Of a DNA stretch of 51,903 nucleotides, positions 36,701 to 48,300 are shown in pieces (the first letter of the stretch is position 1; each line of letters starts with the position of its first letter). Position numbers and translations under genes: made by a program. This DNA comes from Candidatus Anderseniibacteriota bacterium. GTDB lineage: Bacteria; Patescibacteriota; Andersenbacteria; UBA10190. The notes beneath the pieces are model-generated. The model worked only from the letters and a program-made list of their open reading frames with translations, was not told where the DNA came from and made no database searches. The DNA lies in contig JBBDOX010000017.1 of the NCBI GenBank assembly GCA_040876835.1, positions 1 through 51,903 on the forward strand. Reading direction: 5' to 3'.

Positions 36701-39700
36701 GAGTGCCGAGTGCTGTTGCAAGCTCTTCTACGCTGGAGCCGTCAAGATTCGCACGTAATATCGCACCTCCACTATCGGTCCAATACATTTTGCCACCAGC
36801 AATATCGAGAGCGATACCATTTGGTGACTCATGTACACTGGATACTATTTGTTCTGCATTTGACCCATCCAGATTAGCTCGGTACACAGGGCCTCCATAA
36901 TCCGTCCAATACATCTTGCTCGCCGAAGTATCCAGGGCAATAGCTGTAACAAAGTTTAGACTTTCCACGAGAGTTTCTGTACCTGACCCATCGAGATTAG
37001 AACGCCGTATAGAACTATTGGCATAGTCGAACCAATACATCTTACCGGCAGAAAGATGCAAAGCGACACCGCTGACCCAGTCCGCTGCGGAAATGAGCTC
37101 CTCTGCATTTAAGCCGGTCAGATCGGCACGATGAATAGTGCCTTCCCACCCGCTTCCCCAGTAGATTTTCTCACCCGACAGGTCAAGAGAGATGCTCCAT
37201 ACTTGTAGGCTCGCTGTCAGTAAGTCATCCACACTGGATCCATCTAGGTTGGATCTTTGGATCTTTGCAGGATCGGTCTCTGGCTCGACCTCGTTACCCC
37301 AATAGATTTTATGAGCAATAGTAGTACTTGCCTCCTCCGAGGGATCGCTGGTACCCGTAGCATTGATGGCACTAATCCGGTAAGTGTACTGGGTGCCAAA
37401 ATCCAGGCCGATATCTTCGTACGTAGTATCTGTACTTTCAGTATCGGCTACCAGAGTAGCAAAGGATCCAACACCGATTTTACGCTCAATCTTATAGCCG
37501 GTAATAGCTGATCCACCGCTACTGACCGGAGCGTCCCAGGAAAGATCAATTTTAGACATTGAAACATCCCTGACCAAAAGATTAACAGGCGGGGAGGGGG
37601 AATAAGCGGTGGCTCCTTGTATATCCAGGGTAATACTCTTAGGAAGAACCAAGTCAGTTAAGATATCTACTACGCTTGATCCATCCAGATTAGCCTGCTG
37701 AATTTTCCCGCCCCCCGAGAAAGAAACCCAATACATCTTACTGGCAGCAACATGGAGAACGACGTCAAAAGGGTTCTCCAATCCAGTGACAAGCTCTTCT
37801 GCACTGGAGCCATCCAGGTTAGCTCGGTGCACTTTGCCATTATCAGGGTCAGTCCAGTACATCTTACCAGCGGAAGTGTTCAGGTCGACACTCCAAGTAG
37901 ATCCGGTAGTAACCAAATCTTCTACGTTAGAGCCGTCCAGGTTAGCTCGTTGGACCTTACCGTTGCTGTAATCAGCCCAATACATTTTGCCGCTGGCGAT
38001 ATCGAGGGCCACGCCTGTGACAAACCCCAAACCGGAAACTAGCTCCTCTACACTGGAGCCATCCAGGTTAGCTCGCCTCATCCTGGTATTGTCCGCAAAA
38101 TACATTTTATCGTTGGCAAGATCGAGGGCGATATCCCATGATGATTCAAGTCCGGTCACAAGGTCCTCTGCGTTAGAGCCATCAAGATCAGCTCGCCTAA
38201 CCTTACTGGTATCGGTGAAGTACATCTTGCCGCCCGCCACATCAAGAGCGATACCAGGCACCTGACTCGCGGGTTCCATCAGCTCCTCTGCGTTAGAGCC
38301 ATCAATATTCACCCGCTGAATTTTCCCGGATCCCCCATCTCCCTCACTGCCCCAGTATATTCTTGGACCTGCACTTGCTTCGTTTGAAGGAATACTCGTA
38401 CCAACTGCGTTAATCGCACTGACCCGGTAGGTATACATGACCGGATCAAGCCCCGTATCTTCATACGTGGTGCTCGTCGTGCCAGTGTCGGCCACGATAG
38501 TGGAAAAAGATCCTCCGCCAGTTTTACGTTCAATTTTGTAGCCGGTAATAGCACTGCCCCCATCGCTAGTTGGGGCATTCCAAGAGAGATTAATTTGCGA
38601 GGTGGATACGGTAGTTACAGCACTAGCAGTAAGGCTAAGCGGAGGCGCTGGGGCATAGCCAAACCCCAGTAGAAATGGATACGTATTATTAATGCCAGTC
38701 GCAATATCCCAATAATCGTTGTTACCCGCATCATCGTTTGGGTTGTTGATAAAGTCCCACGCACTGGACAGACCGGCCGTAGCGGTATCTGTGAACGTAG
38801 CCACGTTTTTCATTTGCACAAGCCTCTTCCCCGTGCCTCCGTCGCTCGTAAACGCTCCGGAACGCTGCACATCCCAGAAAGAGTTGGTTACAGTTCCACC
38901 ATCGTTTGACCAGATAAGGCCTTTGCCAAATGCGCCAAGATTCGCCGCTATTGTTATGGGGCCAAGTTCCATCGGCAGATCAACCGTTCCCCCTCCGCCC
39001 CAGGTGCGGATACCATGCTCTGTTTCTGTGTTGTTGAAGGAGGTTGTTGTTTCTATTGTCACATAGTCACCACTATCTTCCTCGACAGTAAAGGTTATGG
39101 TATCCCCACTAGCAACAAGGGTGAGTTCATATTCTTCTGCCTGAGTAATAGTGACAGTGCCACTGGAAGCTATGACATCATCAACAGCATTTGCTATAGA
39201 CGTGAATCCATCTTCAGATGTCGCAATACAGACGCCGCAGTCTTCGGCAATTACACCAGCGACCCAGCTTGATGTGCCAGTGTTGATACGCACAGCAATA
39301 CCAGAATGACCACCACCATTACTGCTATCTCCTCCGTGGAGAACACGAGCTGCAACAGTAACATCTGTCTCATTAGTTTCAATTGCGGCTACGTTAAGTT
39401 CTGAACCCGTTAATTCCAGTGTCTCATTGTTACGCGTGAGCGTACCATCAACCACGGTCCATGTTTCACTGACAGGACCAATATCAGGAGACGTTCCACT
39501 AAGGTTGCCCGTACCACTCCAGTAATCCTGGGCTAACAAGAGAGATAGCAGCCTCCCCGAAAAATATGACTTATCAATATTTCCACTGCCGAACGCCACC
39601 AGCCCCCCGTGATCGCCTGATACAGTAATATCTCCATTGGCGTAAGAGTTAGCAATTGAACCATCATTGATAGCAACCAACCCCGCGGAGAAACCGCTTG

Positions 39701-40283
39701 TACTCGTTACACCTGCCTCAGAGTATGAACGATCAATTGTTACATCGGCTCCAGTGGTTCCCACTAGGCCGGCAATATAATCTCCTGATGAAGAAATGCT
39801 TCCCGTGACATAAGAATCTATAATAGAGCTTGCGCCATACACCTGGCCAGCCAACCCGCCCACCTTCTGATTGGTGGTTGTTACTTCAATATCAACCAAA
39901 CGCGCATCCGTAATATCCGCCCCATCAACATCACCGAACAACCCATAGCTTCCATCAATAGACAGGGTGGATATAGTATATCCACTCCCGTCAAAAGAAC
40001 CGGTAAACGGAGTAACGGAATCCCCAACCGACTCAAATCCTACAAAAGCTGAACAGTCGATGTCGTTGATAAGGATAAAGGAAGAAGCGAGCTCCTCCTG
40101 CATATTCTGCAGTTGCTGACAGCTGGCAATTTGATAAGGATCGCCTACCGAGCCATCACCATCGGCAAACAGGTGGTTGTCCGCCCAGGCGGAGTGAAAA
40201 AACACAGCCAAAAACGTGGCAAACACTGCCACGATAAGAAGGATGAGCACTATAGCTCCAGTGCTGCGCTGAGCAGATGACAT
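33792..40283 (-). CDS. Giant surface protein (GLUG-like, FN3, YWTD beta-propellers, PT linker, carboxypeptidase-regulatory-like domains)
   Basis: Signal/TM; [11 protein letters not shown]; [20 protein letters not shown]3 units; repeated KMYWTD/RANLDGS; (PT)n linker; C-terminal TMs. Confidence 0.88.
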   Translation of the reverse strand: MSSAQRSTGAIVLILLIVAVFATFLAVFFHSAWADNHLFADGDGSVGDPYQIASCQQLQNMQEELASSFILINDIDCSAFVGFESVGDSVTPFTGSFDGSGYTISTLSIDGSYGLFGDVDGADITDARLVDIEVTTTNQKVGGLAGQVYGASSIIDSYVTGSISSSGDYIAGLVGTTGADVTIDRSYSEAGVTSTSGFSAGLVAINDGSIANSYANGDITVSGDHGGLVAFGSGNIDKSYFSGRLLSLLLAQDYWSGTGNLSGTSPDIGPVSETWTVVDGTLTRNNETLELTGSELNVAAIETNETDVTVAARVLHGGDSSNGGGHSGIAVRINTGTSSWVAGVIAEDCGVCIATSEDGFTSIANAVDDVIASSGTVTITQAEEYELTLVASGDTITFTVEEDSGDYVTIETTTSFNNTETEHGIRTWGGGGTVDLPMELGPITIAANLGAFGKGLIWSNDGGTVTNSFWDVQRSGAFTSDGGTGKRLVQMKNVATFTDTATAGLSSAWDFINNPNDDAGNNDYWDIATGINNTYPFLLGFGYAPAPPLSLTASAVTTVSTSQINLSWNAPTSDGGSAITGYKIERKTGGGSFSTIVADTGTTSTTYEDTGLDPVMYTYRVSAINAVGTSIPSNEASAGPRIYWGSEGDGGSGKIQRVNIDGSNAEELMEPASQVPGIALDVAGGKMYFTDTSKVRRADLDGSNAEDLVTGLESSWDIALDLANDKMYFADNTRMRRANLDGSSVEELVSGLGFVTGVALDIASGKMYWADYSNGKVQRANLDGSNVEDLVTTGSTWSVDLNTSAGKMYWTDPDNGKVHRANLDGSSAEELVTGLENPFDVVLHVAASKMYWVSFSGGGKIQQANLDGSSVVDILTDLVLPKSITLDIQGATAYSPSPPVNLLVRDVSMSKIDLSWDAPVSSGGSAITGYKIERKIGVGSFATLVADTESTDTTYEDIGLDFGTQYTYRISAINATGTSDPSEEASTTIAHKIYWGNEVEPETDPAKIQRSNLDGSSVDDLLTASLQVWSISLDLSGEKIYWGSGWEGTIHRADLTGLNAEELISAADWVSGVALHLSAGKMYWFDYANSSIRRSNLDGSGTETLVESLNFVTAIALDTSASKMYWTDYGGPVYRANLDGSNAEQIVSSVHESPNGIALDIAGGKMYWTDSGGAILRANLDGSSVEELATALGTLGGIALDIDESKMYWANTSAGKIQSANFDGSSVEDVVTGLTSPQGIALEIKEPDPETAPDPPTNLDATAISSSQIDLSWDAPADDGGSAITGYKIERKIGVGSFATLVADTESTNTTYEDTSLDSDTLHTYRVSAINVIGTSDPSDEAGATTLSSDSNAAPFATTPTSISQETNGNGHVTFVTTVSDADADVTRLKIEYSTNETDWHKASLASVSTSTGSVTLSNGDSYQVGSIDTNTESVQLTITWDSQEHFSDQALTVYLRVTPNDIDTDGTPKTSSAFFLDNRPPQVDNLRLTDRSTRSLTISWDVDEDESNFAQYTICYGLNDTHVDTCDRTSSNVTITDNNTSSTTLTGLQRNKNYFITLTAADSRGNSTKLELDQVVTNDLPPINVTITDVIGTTIKLIWDKVTSPTFVRYELCYSINQQHAQGSNCHNQATKVAFTNSNTTSATVSGLLEQTLYYFTVRVFDSEEDKIVSNLASTVTCREGEVSINGTCVAPTPVPTPVPSPTPAPTPIPTPSVAPSPTPTPTPVPGPTPLVDESDTGGLIGNAEIVVEQVQEVIQDLVTTVIEVAETVIEFVSDTVQEIVETSIEVVQEVVESFREVIQQLPETARNIAAAVKKFPEEPAEAIREIRQELKPIAESPAAQVTTTTVATSAAVATIASQPALAATASNFASQLFGILERVWQGMLGLAGLKSRRRPWGRVVDAYSGETLAGAKVQIVNHQTERVVDATVTDDNGAFSSYLAPGSYNLRVVKSGWTMTPEAPFLRIVGGEKVYDGRAIAVVQEKLIPVVVAMRRYGKYQGRISLRKRVLHGASYILVRLSWPLLVIGFLVNSIVLFGSPSLLNIGVEVFYILLITMKILVARRFFKASGLVTDATTHKPLGRAIVRIIDATTGTLVGTRVTSGKNGSFFLLVPPGVYTVTVAREGYQQYTESHIVMRSEGKSPVALSFAMQSVSQQQPENTVE

Positions 40284-40369
40284 ATACTATCAAGTGTATC
40301 ATGGGCCTTACCACCCCAATCCCCATATAGAGAGATTCTCGCCCTCTATTGAACCACCTCAATTATTGC

Positions 40370-41440
40370 CTATACTTGAGCCGCTTCTTCCGACTCCACG
40401 GCTTTCCAGATTGCCTTCTCGAGCTCTTTGGCTAATTTAGGTTCATCCCTCAAAATTTGCTTTGTTGCCTCACGTCCTTGTCCAAGCTTGCGGTCGCCAT
40501 AGGAAATCCAGCTACCGGCCTTCTGAAGAATCTTGTATTCAATCCCCTTATCAACCACATCCCCTTCATAGCTAATCCCTTCGTTATACATAATATCGAA
40601 TTCTGCCACTCTGAACGGCGGAGCTACCTTGTTCTTAACTACCTTGGCATGTACCCGGTTACCGATGATTTTCTCCCCCATTTTAATCTGAGCTCGACGG
40701 CGCAGGTCAATTCGAACAGAGGAGTAGAACTTCAGCGCCTTCCCACCGGTAGTCTCTTCAGGATTGCCAAACATAACCCCGATCTTCATACGAATCTGGT
40801 TAATGAAGATAATAGTGGTGTTTGTCTTATGAGATATACCTGTCAATTTGCGCAATGCCTGACTCATAAGACGGGCCTGCAGTCCCATGTGCGAGTCTCC
40901 CATCTCTCCTTCAATTTCAGCCCGAGGCGTTAAAGCGGCAACTGAGTCCACAACGATCAGATCAACAGCTGCTGATTTTACTAATGTCTCAACAATATCG
41001 AGCGCCTGCTCTCCTGTATCAGGCTGGCTGATAAGGAGATCGTTGAGGTTGACTCCCAGCCGCTTGGCATATTGCGGATCAAGAGCATGTTCCGCATCGA
41101 CATACGCGACTGTCCCACCGGCGTTTTGACAACTAGCCGCCACGTGCAAAGCCAAAGTCGACTTACCGCTGCTTTCCGGACCATAAATTTCAATAATGCG
41201 TCCACGTGGTACACCGCCAATACCCAATGCCAGATCGAGAGAAATAGAGCCGGTAGAAATTGATTCAATATCTTTCTTTTTTACCTCCCCCAAGCGCATA
41301 ATCGCGCCCTCACCAAAGCGCTCTTTGATACTGTCGAGGGCCGAGGCAACGGCGATCTGCCTGTCATCTAATACTTTCTCATTAACCTGTTCTGTCTGAG
41401 GCTTTTCCTTCTCTTTTGTTGCTTCAGCTTGTTTGGCCAT
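40370..41440 (-). CDS. recA: Recombinase RecA
   Basis: [39 protein letters not shown]. Confidence 0.98.
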   Translation of the reverse strand: MAKQAEATKEKEKPQTEQVNEKVLDDRQIAVASALDSIKERFGEGAIMRLGEVKKKDIESISTGSISLDLALGIGGVPRGRIIEIYGPESSGKSTLALHVAASCQNAGGTVAYVDAEHALDPQYAKRLGVNLNDLLISQPDTGEQALDIVETLVKSAAVDLIVVDSVAALTPRAEIEGEMGDSHMGLQARLMSQALRKLTGISHKTNTTIIFINQIRMKIGVMFGNPEETTGGKALKFYSSVRIDLRRRAQIKMGEKIIGNRVHAKVVKNKVAPPFRVAEFDIMYNEGISYEGDVVDKGIEYKILQKAGSWISYGDRKLGQGREATKQILRDEPKLAKELEKAIWKAVESEEAAQV

Positions 41441-41535
41441 ATCACATCTTGTCATTATTCAATTAGCAACAGCCTTTTTGAGCCGTCATTTAAGGATACG
41501 GTCTGGACGCGCCTGCCGCAACCTGACCTTTTTGA

Positions 41536-42213
41536 CTATAAATACCCCTGCGGACGAGGCCGCAGGTAGTGCCGCTCAACGACTCGCTTGCGTCCGGCGG
41601 CATTGGTACCCTCCAGCTGGATGACGTTTACCCCGGGATGCAGGTCAATATCCAGCTCGAATGTATTATCTTCCTTCAGTAAAAATGATTCTCCATTTAC
41701 AAATAGTTTAATACCTTTCTCTGATGTCCCGCGGACCACTATATGATCAGCATCGATGACAGATTCCTGCGGAGAGGTTACAGCCAGAGCTGGCAACTGC
41801 CAGAATAACCGCAACTGCCAGACGATGTACCCTCCCACCAGTAACGAGGCACACAGTCCAAGTCCTATAATAAAAAACCGAGGGTGCTGAATACGTTCGA
41901 ACCAACGTGCGGGAGTGTAGACCTTAAGCGGAGCAATAACTCGAACTGAAGATAGCGACCGCAATATCGCCCGCTGAGCAAGCTGGGAATCAATCCCCAG
42001 ATAAATCGCGTACTGCGTATATGCCCCTCGAGCATATACTTCAGCGGCAAAAGAGGATACATCCCCCTGCTCTAAGGCTTCCAATTGTTCAATCGGAATA
42101 TGCAGATCTTTCGCTGCTTGCTCTAATGATATTTGCTGAGAATAACGAGCTTCTCGCACCAGATTTGCTGCATACTCCAAATGCTCCTTGTCATTCTTGC
42201 CATTCGTTACCAT
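41536..42213 (-). CDS. RodZ-like HTH protein with TM and C-terminal Ig-like domain
   Basis: ISLEQAAKDLHIP..QLEALEQG...VYARGAYTQYAIYLG; one TM; LHPGVNVIQL; downstream of ftsK. Confidence 0.78.
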   Translation of the reverse strand: MVTNGKNDKEHLEYAANLVREARYSQQISLEQAAKDLHIPIEQLEALEQGDVSSFAAEVYARGAYTQYAIYLGIDSQLAQRAILRSLSSVRVIAPLKVYTPARWFERIQHPRFFIIGLGLCASLLVGGYIVWQLRLFWQLPALAVTSPQESVIDADHIVVRGTSEKGIKLFVNGESFLLKEDNTFELDIDLHPGVNVIQLEGTNAAGRKRVVERHYLRPRPQGYL

Positions 42214-44465
42214 GCGGGGCGCTTGTCTTCTTTGTCGTCTTCTTCATCTTCCGTGTACCCTTCATCATCAACCGTAACTTCTTTTGCTTTGTACTCCTCA
42301 GCATACTCTTCTTCCGGACCATATTCCTCTTCTGCCGAAACGAGGATTTCACGCGGCTTGTTTCCTTCAGCGGTGCTAATGATTCCCTGTTCCTCAAGCA
42401 TATCAATCAAGCGTGCCGCTCGAGCATACCCGACCCGCAACCGGCGCTGTAACAGGGAAGCACTAGCTTTGTCAGATTCAATCACAACTTGCTTGGCATC
42501 TTCATACATACTGTCATCAATACCTTCTCCGCTGCCACTGCCTCCAAAGTCCCGCTGAGGAGAGACAATCGCATCATCATGTTCAATCCCCAACTCGTTA
42601 TTATCCTGAATATCCTCCACTACTTGACGCACTTCTTCTTCAGACACAAAGCCACCCTGCAACCGAATGGGCTTACCTTGATCACCCGGCAAATACAACA
42701 TATCTCCGCTACCCAGCAATTTTTCAGCTCCCGCACCGTCAAGAATGGTGCGTGAATCTACCTGGGAGGCAACGTTAAAGGCAATACGAGCCGGGACGTT
42801 GGCTTTAATTAATCCGGTAATGACATTTACAGAGGGGCGCTGAGTGGCCAAAACCAAGTGAATACCAATCGCCCGAGCCATCTGGGACAGACGCACGATC
42901 ATCCCTTCCACGTCTCGCGCATTGGTGGACATTAGGTCTGCTAATTCATCAATCACAATGACAATGAACGGCATCGCCTGATCCGGGTTATTTGAGTTAT
43001 ATGACAGCAGATTCCGCGCTCCTACCTCTGACAGCAGCCGGTACCGTCGATCCATTTCCTTAACGGCCCACTTGAGGGCGTTAATCGTTTTATCAGCCTC
43101 GGTAATAACAGGGGTAAGCAGGTGCGGAATACCGTTAAAGAGCGACAGCTCCACTCGTTTGGGATCAACCAGAATCATTCGCACCAGCGCTGGAGAGTTA
43201 CGATACAGCAAAGACAAGATCAGCGTGTTGATGAAGATAGATTTTCCCGAACCGGTTGCCCCAGCCACCAGCAAATGCGGCATCTTTTCGATGCTGGCCA
43301 CCTTGGGCATCCCGGACACGTCCTTGCCCATCGCAATTGTCAGCGGAGACTGGGAGTTACGAAAATCTTTTGAGGTAATAATATCGCGCAGGCGTACGAG
43401 AGATACATCCTTGTTCGGAATTTCAATTCCCACAAAGTTTGTTCCCGGAATTGGAGCTTCAATACGAATCGGGTGCGCAGCCAGAGCCAGGGCCAAATCA
43501 TTCTGCAGACCGGTAATACGGGCCAGCTTCACGCCCTCCTCCGGACGCAAAGTATACTGCGCTACGGTTGGACCAACGCTAACTTTACCCATCGTAACTG
43601 CAATTCCAAACTTCTCGAGAGTTGACTGGATTTTTTTCTTGTTGGCCTCAACGTTGCCACTGTCTGGCTTACCAATAGAGGAATGTAAAATATCAATGCT
43701 GGGAGGCTTGTATTTTTTGTTAGCCGATCGCAGCTGGGCCCGCTCGCGCTCGCGCTGTTCCTCTTCGCGCTGCTGCTGCTGTTCCTGTAGCTTAAGCTGA
43801 TTGGGATCAACTTTCTCTGAAGCCCGGCGCATTCGACTAATTCGGAAAGTGGGGAGCGGTGCTTCCTGCTCTTCGTTTCCTACAGCTTCAGTTCCAATAT
43901 CCGTTTCTTCGTCAGCAATTTCTTCCCGACTGGGAATAAATGACTGCAGATAGCCCCACAGCCCACTGGGAGAAATATCAAAAGCTAAAAATATTCCCGT
44001 TAAAAAGGCAGCAATAAACAAGAGAATTGCAGCGATAGGAGAAAACGCTTTACTTAACGGAAAAGAAAATAGAAACCCGAGCAGTCCGCCGCCGCTACCT
44101 TCCAGGGCTGTCTGATAGGCATCTTCGCTGGGAACTCCAATTAAATGAAATAACCCGAGCAGTCCGATCAAAGCTAGGGCGATACCAATAATCCGCAAGC
44201 GCGGCATGCCCTCTTCCCGAGGACGAATCAGATATACCCCCAGCCATATCAGGCCGACCGGTAGAGCATACGCGAGCAGCCCGGCAATACGCTGCATACC
44301 AACCAGCAGCAGACGACCTGTAGGTCCAGCTGCTGAAAAGAAACTTAGAATCAAAATCAACGAGAAGATAATAAGCAGAACACCAATAATGGCCTGCTTG
44401 GTTTCCGGTCGCAGGAATGATTGTTTCTCCCGACCACGTGAACGGCTGAAGGGATTTAAGCGCAT
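42207..44465 (-). CDS. ftsK: DNA translocase FtsK/SpoIIIE
   Basis: N-terminal TMs; PHLLVAGATGSGKS, IDELADLM, ATQRPS; gamma domain ASLLQRRLRVGYARAARL. Confidence 0.96.
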   Translation of the reverse strand: MRLNPFSRSRGREKQSFLRPETKQAIIGVLLIIFSLILILSFFSAAGPTGRLLLVGMQRIAGLLAYALPVGLIWLGVYLIRPREEGMPRLRIIGIALALIGLLGLFHLIGVPSEDAYQTALEGSGGGLLGFLFSFPLSKAFSPIAAILLFIAAFLTGIFLAFDISPSGLWGYLQSFIPSREEIADEETDIGTEAVGNEEQEAPLPTFRISRMRRASEKVDPNQLKLQEQQQQREEEQRERERAQLRSANKKYKPPSIDILHSSIGKPDSGNVEANKKKIQSTLEKFGIAVTMGKVSVGPTVAQYTLRPEEGVKLARITGLQNDLALALAAHPIRIEAPIPGTNFVGIEIPNKDVSLVRLRDIITSKDFRNSQSPLTIAMGKDVSGMPKVASIEKMPHLLVAGATGSGKSIFINTLILSLLYRNSPALVRMILVDPKRVELSLFNGIPHLLTPVITEADKTINALKWAVKEMDRRYRLLSEVGARNLLSYNSNNPDQAMPFIVIVIDELADLMSTNARDVEGMIVRLSQMARAIGIHLVLATQRPSVNVITGLIKANVPARIAFNVASQVDSRTILDGAGAEKLLGSGDMLYLPGDQGKPIRLQGGFVSEEEVRQVVEDIQDNNELGIEHDDAIVSPQRDFGGSGSGEGIDDSMYEDAKQVVIESDKASASLLQRRLRVGYARAARLIDMLEEQGIISTAEGNKPREILVSAEEEYGPEEEYAEEYKAKEVTVDDEGYTEDEEDDKEDKRPAW

Positions 44466-44524
44466 GGAATATCTCGATACATTACGATTGATGTTTGTAT
44501 ATTATGCCACATGTCAGACATAAC

Positions 44525-44561
44525 GAAAACCGCCTCAAGGGCGTACCTAAAGGCGGTTTTC
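44525..44561 (-). terminator. rpoC terminator
   Basis: GAAAACCGCCT...AGGCGGTTTTC inverted repeat just after the rpoC stop. Confidence 0.65.
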
Positions 44562-44582
44562 CGTTTTTACTACAACGCGACC

Positions 44583-47500
44583 TTACGCAACTTTTCTGGT
44601 TTCCACCTTGGCAGGAGCAGGGGCAGAAGGCTGGTCTGGCTTGAATTTCTCTCCCGGCTTTCGGTATCCGGTTCCAGCAGGAATCAGACGACCAATGATG
44701 ACGTTTTCTTTAAGTCCCTTCAACTCATCATCCTTACCAGAAATCGCCGCATCAATTAACACTCGAGCTGTTTCCATGAAGGAAGCTGCCGCCAGGAAGC
44801 TGTGGGTGGACAACGATACCTTTGTGATTCCAAGCAGCAGACGCTCTCCGGTTGCTTCCTTCTTGTCCGCTTCTTTAACCGCCCGATTGGCCCGGCGGAA
44901 CTCGGTCAGCTCAACAATGCGGCCAGTAATAAGTTCAGTATCTCCAGGTTCCTGAATCCGAATGCGAGATAACATCTGGCGCACAATAATCTCCAAGTGC
45001 TTGTCATTGATTGTTTCACCCTGAATGGCATACACCTGTTGTACTTCTTTGAGGATGTAGCGCTGCACGGCACGCACTCCGGCGACCGCATACAGATCCT
45101 GCACATTCATATGTCCTTCTGTCAGCTGCTGTCCGGCAATCACTACATCACCATCCTTCACATTCAGCGTGACATTCCCCGGTACTGCATACTCTTTTGT
45201 CTCTTTCGCTCCTTTTACTGTTACGACAGTCTCTTCTTTTGATTCCTTAAGTTTTACCTTTCCATCAATTTCAGTCATAACAGCTTCTCCTTTTGGAATC
45301 CGAGCCTCAAATAATTCTTCAACACGAGGCAGACCCTGGGTAATATCGTCACCGGAAGCACCTCCAGCGTGGAAGGTACGCATGGTCAGCTGAGTACCCG
45401 GCTCACCGATAGACTGGGCGGCCACAACACCAACTGCCTCACCGATTCGAACGAGCTGGTTTTTGCCTAAGTCCCATCCGTAACACATCTTACATACTCC
45501 AAAGTCCGCTTTGCAGGTTACCACCGAGCGGATAACGGCTTCAGAAATTTCCAGCTTATCAATCTGTTCGGCCAGCTCTTCATCAATTAAGGTACCGCGG
45601 TTAATTACAGTTTTGCCGGTCTTGTCATCTTTGATTCCTTCGGCCAGTACCCGGCCGCGAACGCGTCGGCCAAGAGTTGTACCAACTTCTTCACTGTCAG
45701 AGCGTGTCATGATTCCACCTTCTTTATCACCACAATCTTCTTCGTGGACAACCAGATCCTGGGCTACGTTTACCAGACGACGAGTCAGGTATCCGGCTGT
45801 AGCTGTACGCAGAGCGGTATCGGCCATACCCTTACGAGTACCGTGAGTAGACAGGAAGTATTCCAGAGCATTAAATCCTTCTTTAAAGCTGCTTTTGATC
45901 GGCAACTCTACCGCTCGTCCGGTTGGCCCGGCCACAGTACCTTTCATACCTACCATCTGCAGAGTCTGAGTCCAGGAGCCTCGAGCGCCGGAAACTACCA
46001 TCGTGTGAACACTGCCACGGGGATCCAAGGCCTTCTGGGTAACAACCGACATCTCTTCACGAGCCTTTTCCCAGACACCTACAACCATACGGTAACGCTC
46101 TTCTTCAGTGAGCAAACCATCTTCAAACTGTTCCCGGATCTTCGCCACCTTTTCTTCAGCTGCCCGGACAATTTCTTCCTTCTCGGGCGGAGCAATAAGG
46201 TCAGTCATACCCCATGACAGACCGCTGTGGGTAGCGTGTGAAAACCCGAGGAGCTTCATGTCATCCAGGAACTGCGCGGTGCGCTCCTGGCCATGAACTG
46301 ACAGGCTGCGACCGATGATCTTCTTCAATACCGACTTATCAAGCGTATCGTTAATGAATCGTCCTGGATCAGGATTAATATCGTGGAAGAGCAGTCGGCC
46401 GATTGTTGTTTCTACATATTCTCCGGCCGCAACAGGATCCGGCACGGTAATCTTGGCGTTGATGGCTACCTGATTTAACTGATGAGCCATTAGCGCTTCA
46501 TTCTTGCTGCCGAACTTGCGGCCTTCACCCTGGGCGCCCTCTTCAATGCAGGTAATGTAATACATTCCCAGTACGATATCCTGAGAAGCGGAAGTGGCGG
46601 GCTGACCGTCAGCCGGTTTAAGCAGGTTATGGGAAGACAACATAATTTCATCAGCTTCATGACGGGCTTCGTCAGACAACGGTACGTGCACAGCCATCTG
46701 ATCACCATCAAAGTCAGCGTTAAACGGTACGGTAACCATTGGATGAATCTGGATCGCCTTACCTTCAATCAATACCGGCTGGAAGGCCTGGATACCCAGA
46801 CGATGCAAGGTCGGAGCGCGATTGAGTAATACTTTATGAGTCTTGGTTACTTCTTCCAGGGAATCCCACACTTCGGGAATACCCTGTTCAATCAAACGGC
46901 TGGCAGAACGGATGTTATGAGCCAGTTCACGTTCAATCAGTTCGTGAATAACGAAGGGTTTGAATAGTTCCAGCGCCATGGATTTCGGCAGACCGCACTG
47001 GTGCAGTTTCAGTTCAGGACCAACGACGATAACGGAGCGTCCGGAATAGTCCACACGCTTACCTAACAGGTTTTGACGGAAACGACCCTGTTTACCCTTC
47101 AACATGTCAGCTAAAGATTTCAGCTGACGGCGCTGACCTGTTGAGCTGATGGTTGTCGAACCTCGACGGGCGGAATTGTCGATCAAAGCATCAACTGCTT
47201 CCTGAAGCATGCGCTTTTCATTGCGGGTAATAATTTCTGGAGCTCCCAGCTCAAGCAGACGCTTCAAACGATTGTTACGGTTGATAACGCGACGGTAGAG
47301 ATCGTTTAGGTCAGAGGCGGCAAAGCGTCCTCCATCTAATTGCACCATCGGCCGCAAATCGGGCGGGATCACTGGCAGTTGGGTTAAGAACATCCACTCT
47401 GGACGAATATTAACTTCCATCATTCCGCGTACTAGCGATAGTCGTCGCGTCACCCGCTTTTTCTTAGCAGCTGAAGCTTCCTCAGACTCCTTTTCAAGAT

Positions 47501-48290
47501 CAGCAGCCATTTGCTTGAAGTCCATGTGTTCGAAAAGATTGCGGATAGCTTCCGCTCCAATACTGGCTTTGAAAATATGCCCATACTTAAGGGATAGATC
47601 CCGGTACTCGACTTCGGAAATAATCTTGTGAGGCACGAGGGTCTTTACCTGCTCTTCGGCGTTATCAATCGCCTCTTCCAGCTTGGTCAGCTCCTGTTCC
47701 TCCTGCTTCTTTAAATCTTCTTTCTTTTTGTCACGGTTCTTCTCATCCTTCGGCAGCGCACTGCGCAGTTGCTTGTAGCCCTGCTTAATAGCATCGCGCT
47801 TGCTTTGTGATTCGCTGTGCAGACGATCCAGAACTTCCTTTTTCGCCGTTTCATCCACTTCTGTAATGATATAGGAAGCGAAGTAGATGACTTTCTCCAG
47901 TTGATTAACGTTAATATCCAGCAGCAGTCCCATCTTGGATGGCACACCACGTAAGAACCAGATATGGGAGACGGGAGTAGCTAAACTGATGTGTGCCATG
48001 CGTTCACGGCGAACAATTGACCGTGTTACTTCCACACCGCATTTATCACAGACAATACCCTTGTAACGGATCCGACGGTATTTTCCACAGTAACACTCCC
48101 AATCCTTGGTTGGACCAAAAATACGTTCGTCAAACAATCCATCCTTCTCCGGTTTTTGAGTCCGATAGTTAATAGTTTCCGGTTTCGTGATTTCTCCAAA
48201 TGACCAGTCCAGAATTTTCTGGGGCGAAGCTAAGGTCAGTTTAATTGAGGAAAAATCAGGTACTCGCTGTTCGTGATGATCGTATGCCAT
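44583..48290 (-). CDS. rpoC: RNA polymerase beta' subunit
   Basis: NADFDGDQMAVH, CYCGKY, GKRVDYSGRS, QSIGEPGTQLTMRTFH. Start at ATG 48290, after the rpoB stop. Confidence 0.98.
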   Translation of the reverse strand: MAYDHHEQRVPDFSSIKLTLASPQKILDWSFGEITKPETINYRTQKPEKDGLFDERIFGPTKDWECYCGKYRRIRYKGIVCDKCGVEVTRSIVRRERMAHISLATPVSHIWFLRGVPSKMGLLLDINVNQLEKVIYFASYIITEVDETAKKEVLDRLHSESQSKRDAIKQGYKQLRSALPKDEKNRDKKKEDLKKQEEQELTKLEEAIDNAEEQVKTLVPHKIISEVEYRDLSLKYGHIFKASIGAEAIRNLFEHMDFKQMAADLEKESEEASAAKKKRVTRRLSLVRGMMEVNIRPEWMFLTQLPVIPPDLRPMVQLDGGRFAASDLNDLYRRVINRNNRLKRLLELGAPEIITRNEKRMLQEAVDALIDNSARRGSTTISSTGQRRQLKSLADMLKGKQGRFRQNLLGKRVDYSGRSVIVVGPELKLHQCGLPKSMALELFKPFVIHELIERELAHNIRSASRLIEQGIPEVWDSLEEVTKTHKVLLNRAPTLHRLGIQAFQPVLIEGKAIQIHPMVTVPFNADFDGDQMAVHVPLSDEARHEADEIMLSSHNLLKPADGQPATSASQDIVLGMYYITCIEEGAQGEGRKFGSKNEALMAHQLNQVAINAKITVPDPVAAGEYVETTIGRLLFHDINPDPGRFINDTLDKSVLKKIIGRSLSVHGQERTAQFLDDMKLLGFSHATHSGLSWGMTDLIAPPEKEEIVRAAEEKVAKIREQFEDGLLTEEERYRMVVGVWEKAREEMSVVTQKALDPRGSVHTMVVSGARGSWTQTLQMVGMKGTVAGPTGRAVELPIKSSFKEGFNALEYFLSTHGTRKGMADTALRTATAGYLTRRLVNVAQDLVVHEEDCGDKEGGIMTRSDSEEVGTTLGRRVRGRVLAEGIKDDKTGKTVINRGTLIDEELAEQIDKLEISEAVIRSVVTCKADFGVCKMCYGWDLGKNQLVRIGEAVGVVAAQSIGEPGTQLTMRTFHAGGASGDDITQGLPRVEELFEARIPKGEAVMTEIDGKVKLKESKEETVVTVKGAKETKEYAVPGNVTLNVKDGDVVIAGQQLTEGHMNVQDLYAVAGVRAVQRYILKEVQQVYAIQGETINDKHLEIIVRQMLSRIRIQEPGDTELITGRIVELTEFRRANRAVKEADKKEATGERLLLGITKVSLSTHSFLAAASFMETARVLIDAAISGKDDELKGLKENVIIGRLIPAGTGYRKPGEKFKPDQPSAPAPAKVETRKVA

Positions 48291-48300
48291 ATGTGTAGCC

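Noticed and set aside
36560-38360. Periodic GAGCCATCCAGGTTAGCTCG-like repeats as a repeat array or DGR target
   Set aside because: These are YWTD blade repeats in coding sequence; no reverse transcriptase is present.
47600-47860. Charged coiled-coil insertion in RpoC as an intein or novelty
   Set aside because: No intein motifs; lineage-specific helical inserts at this position are known.
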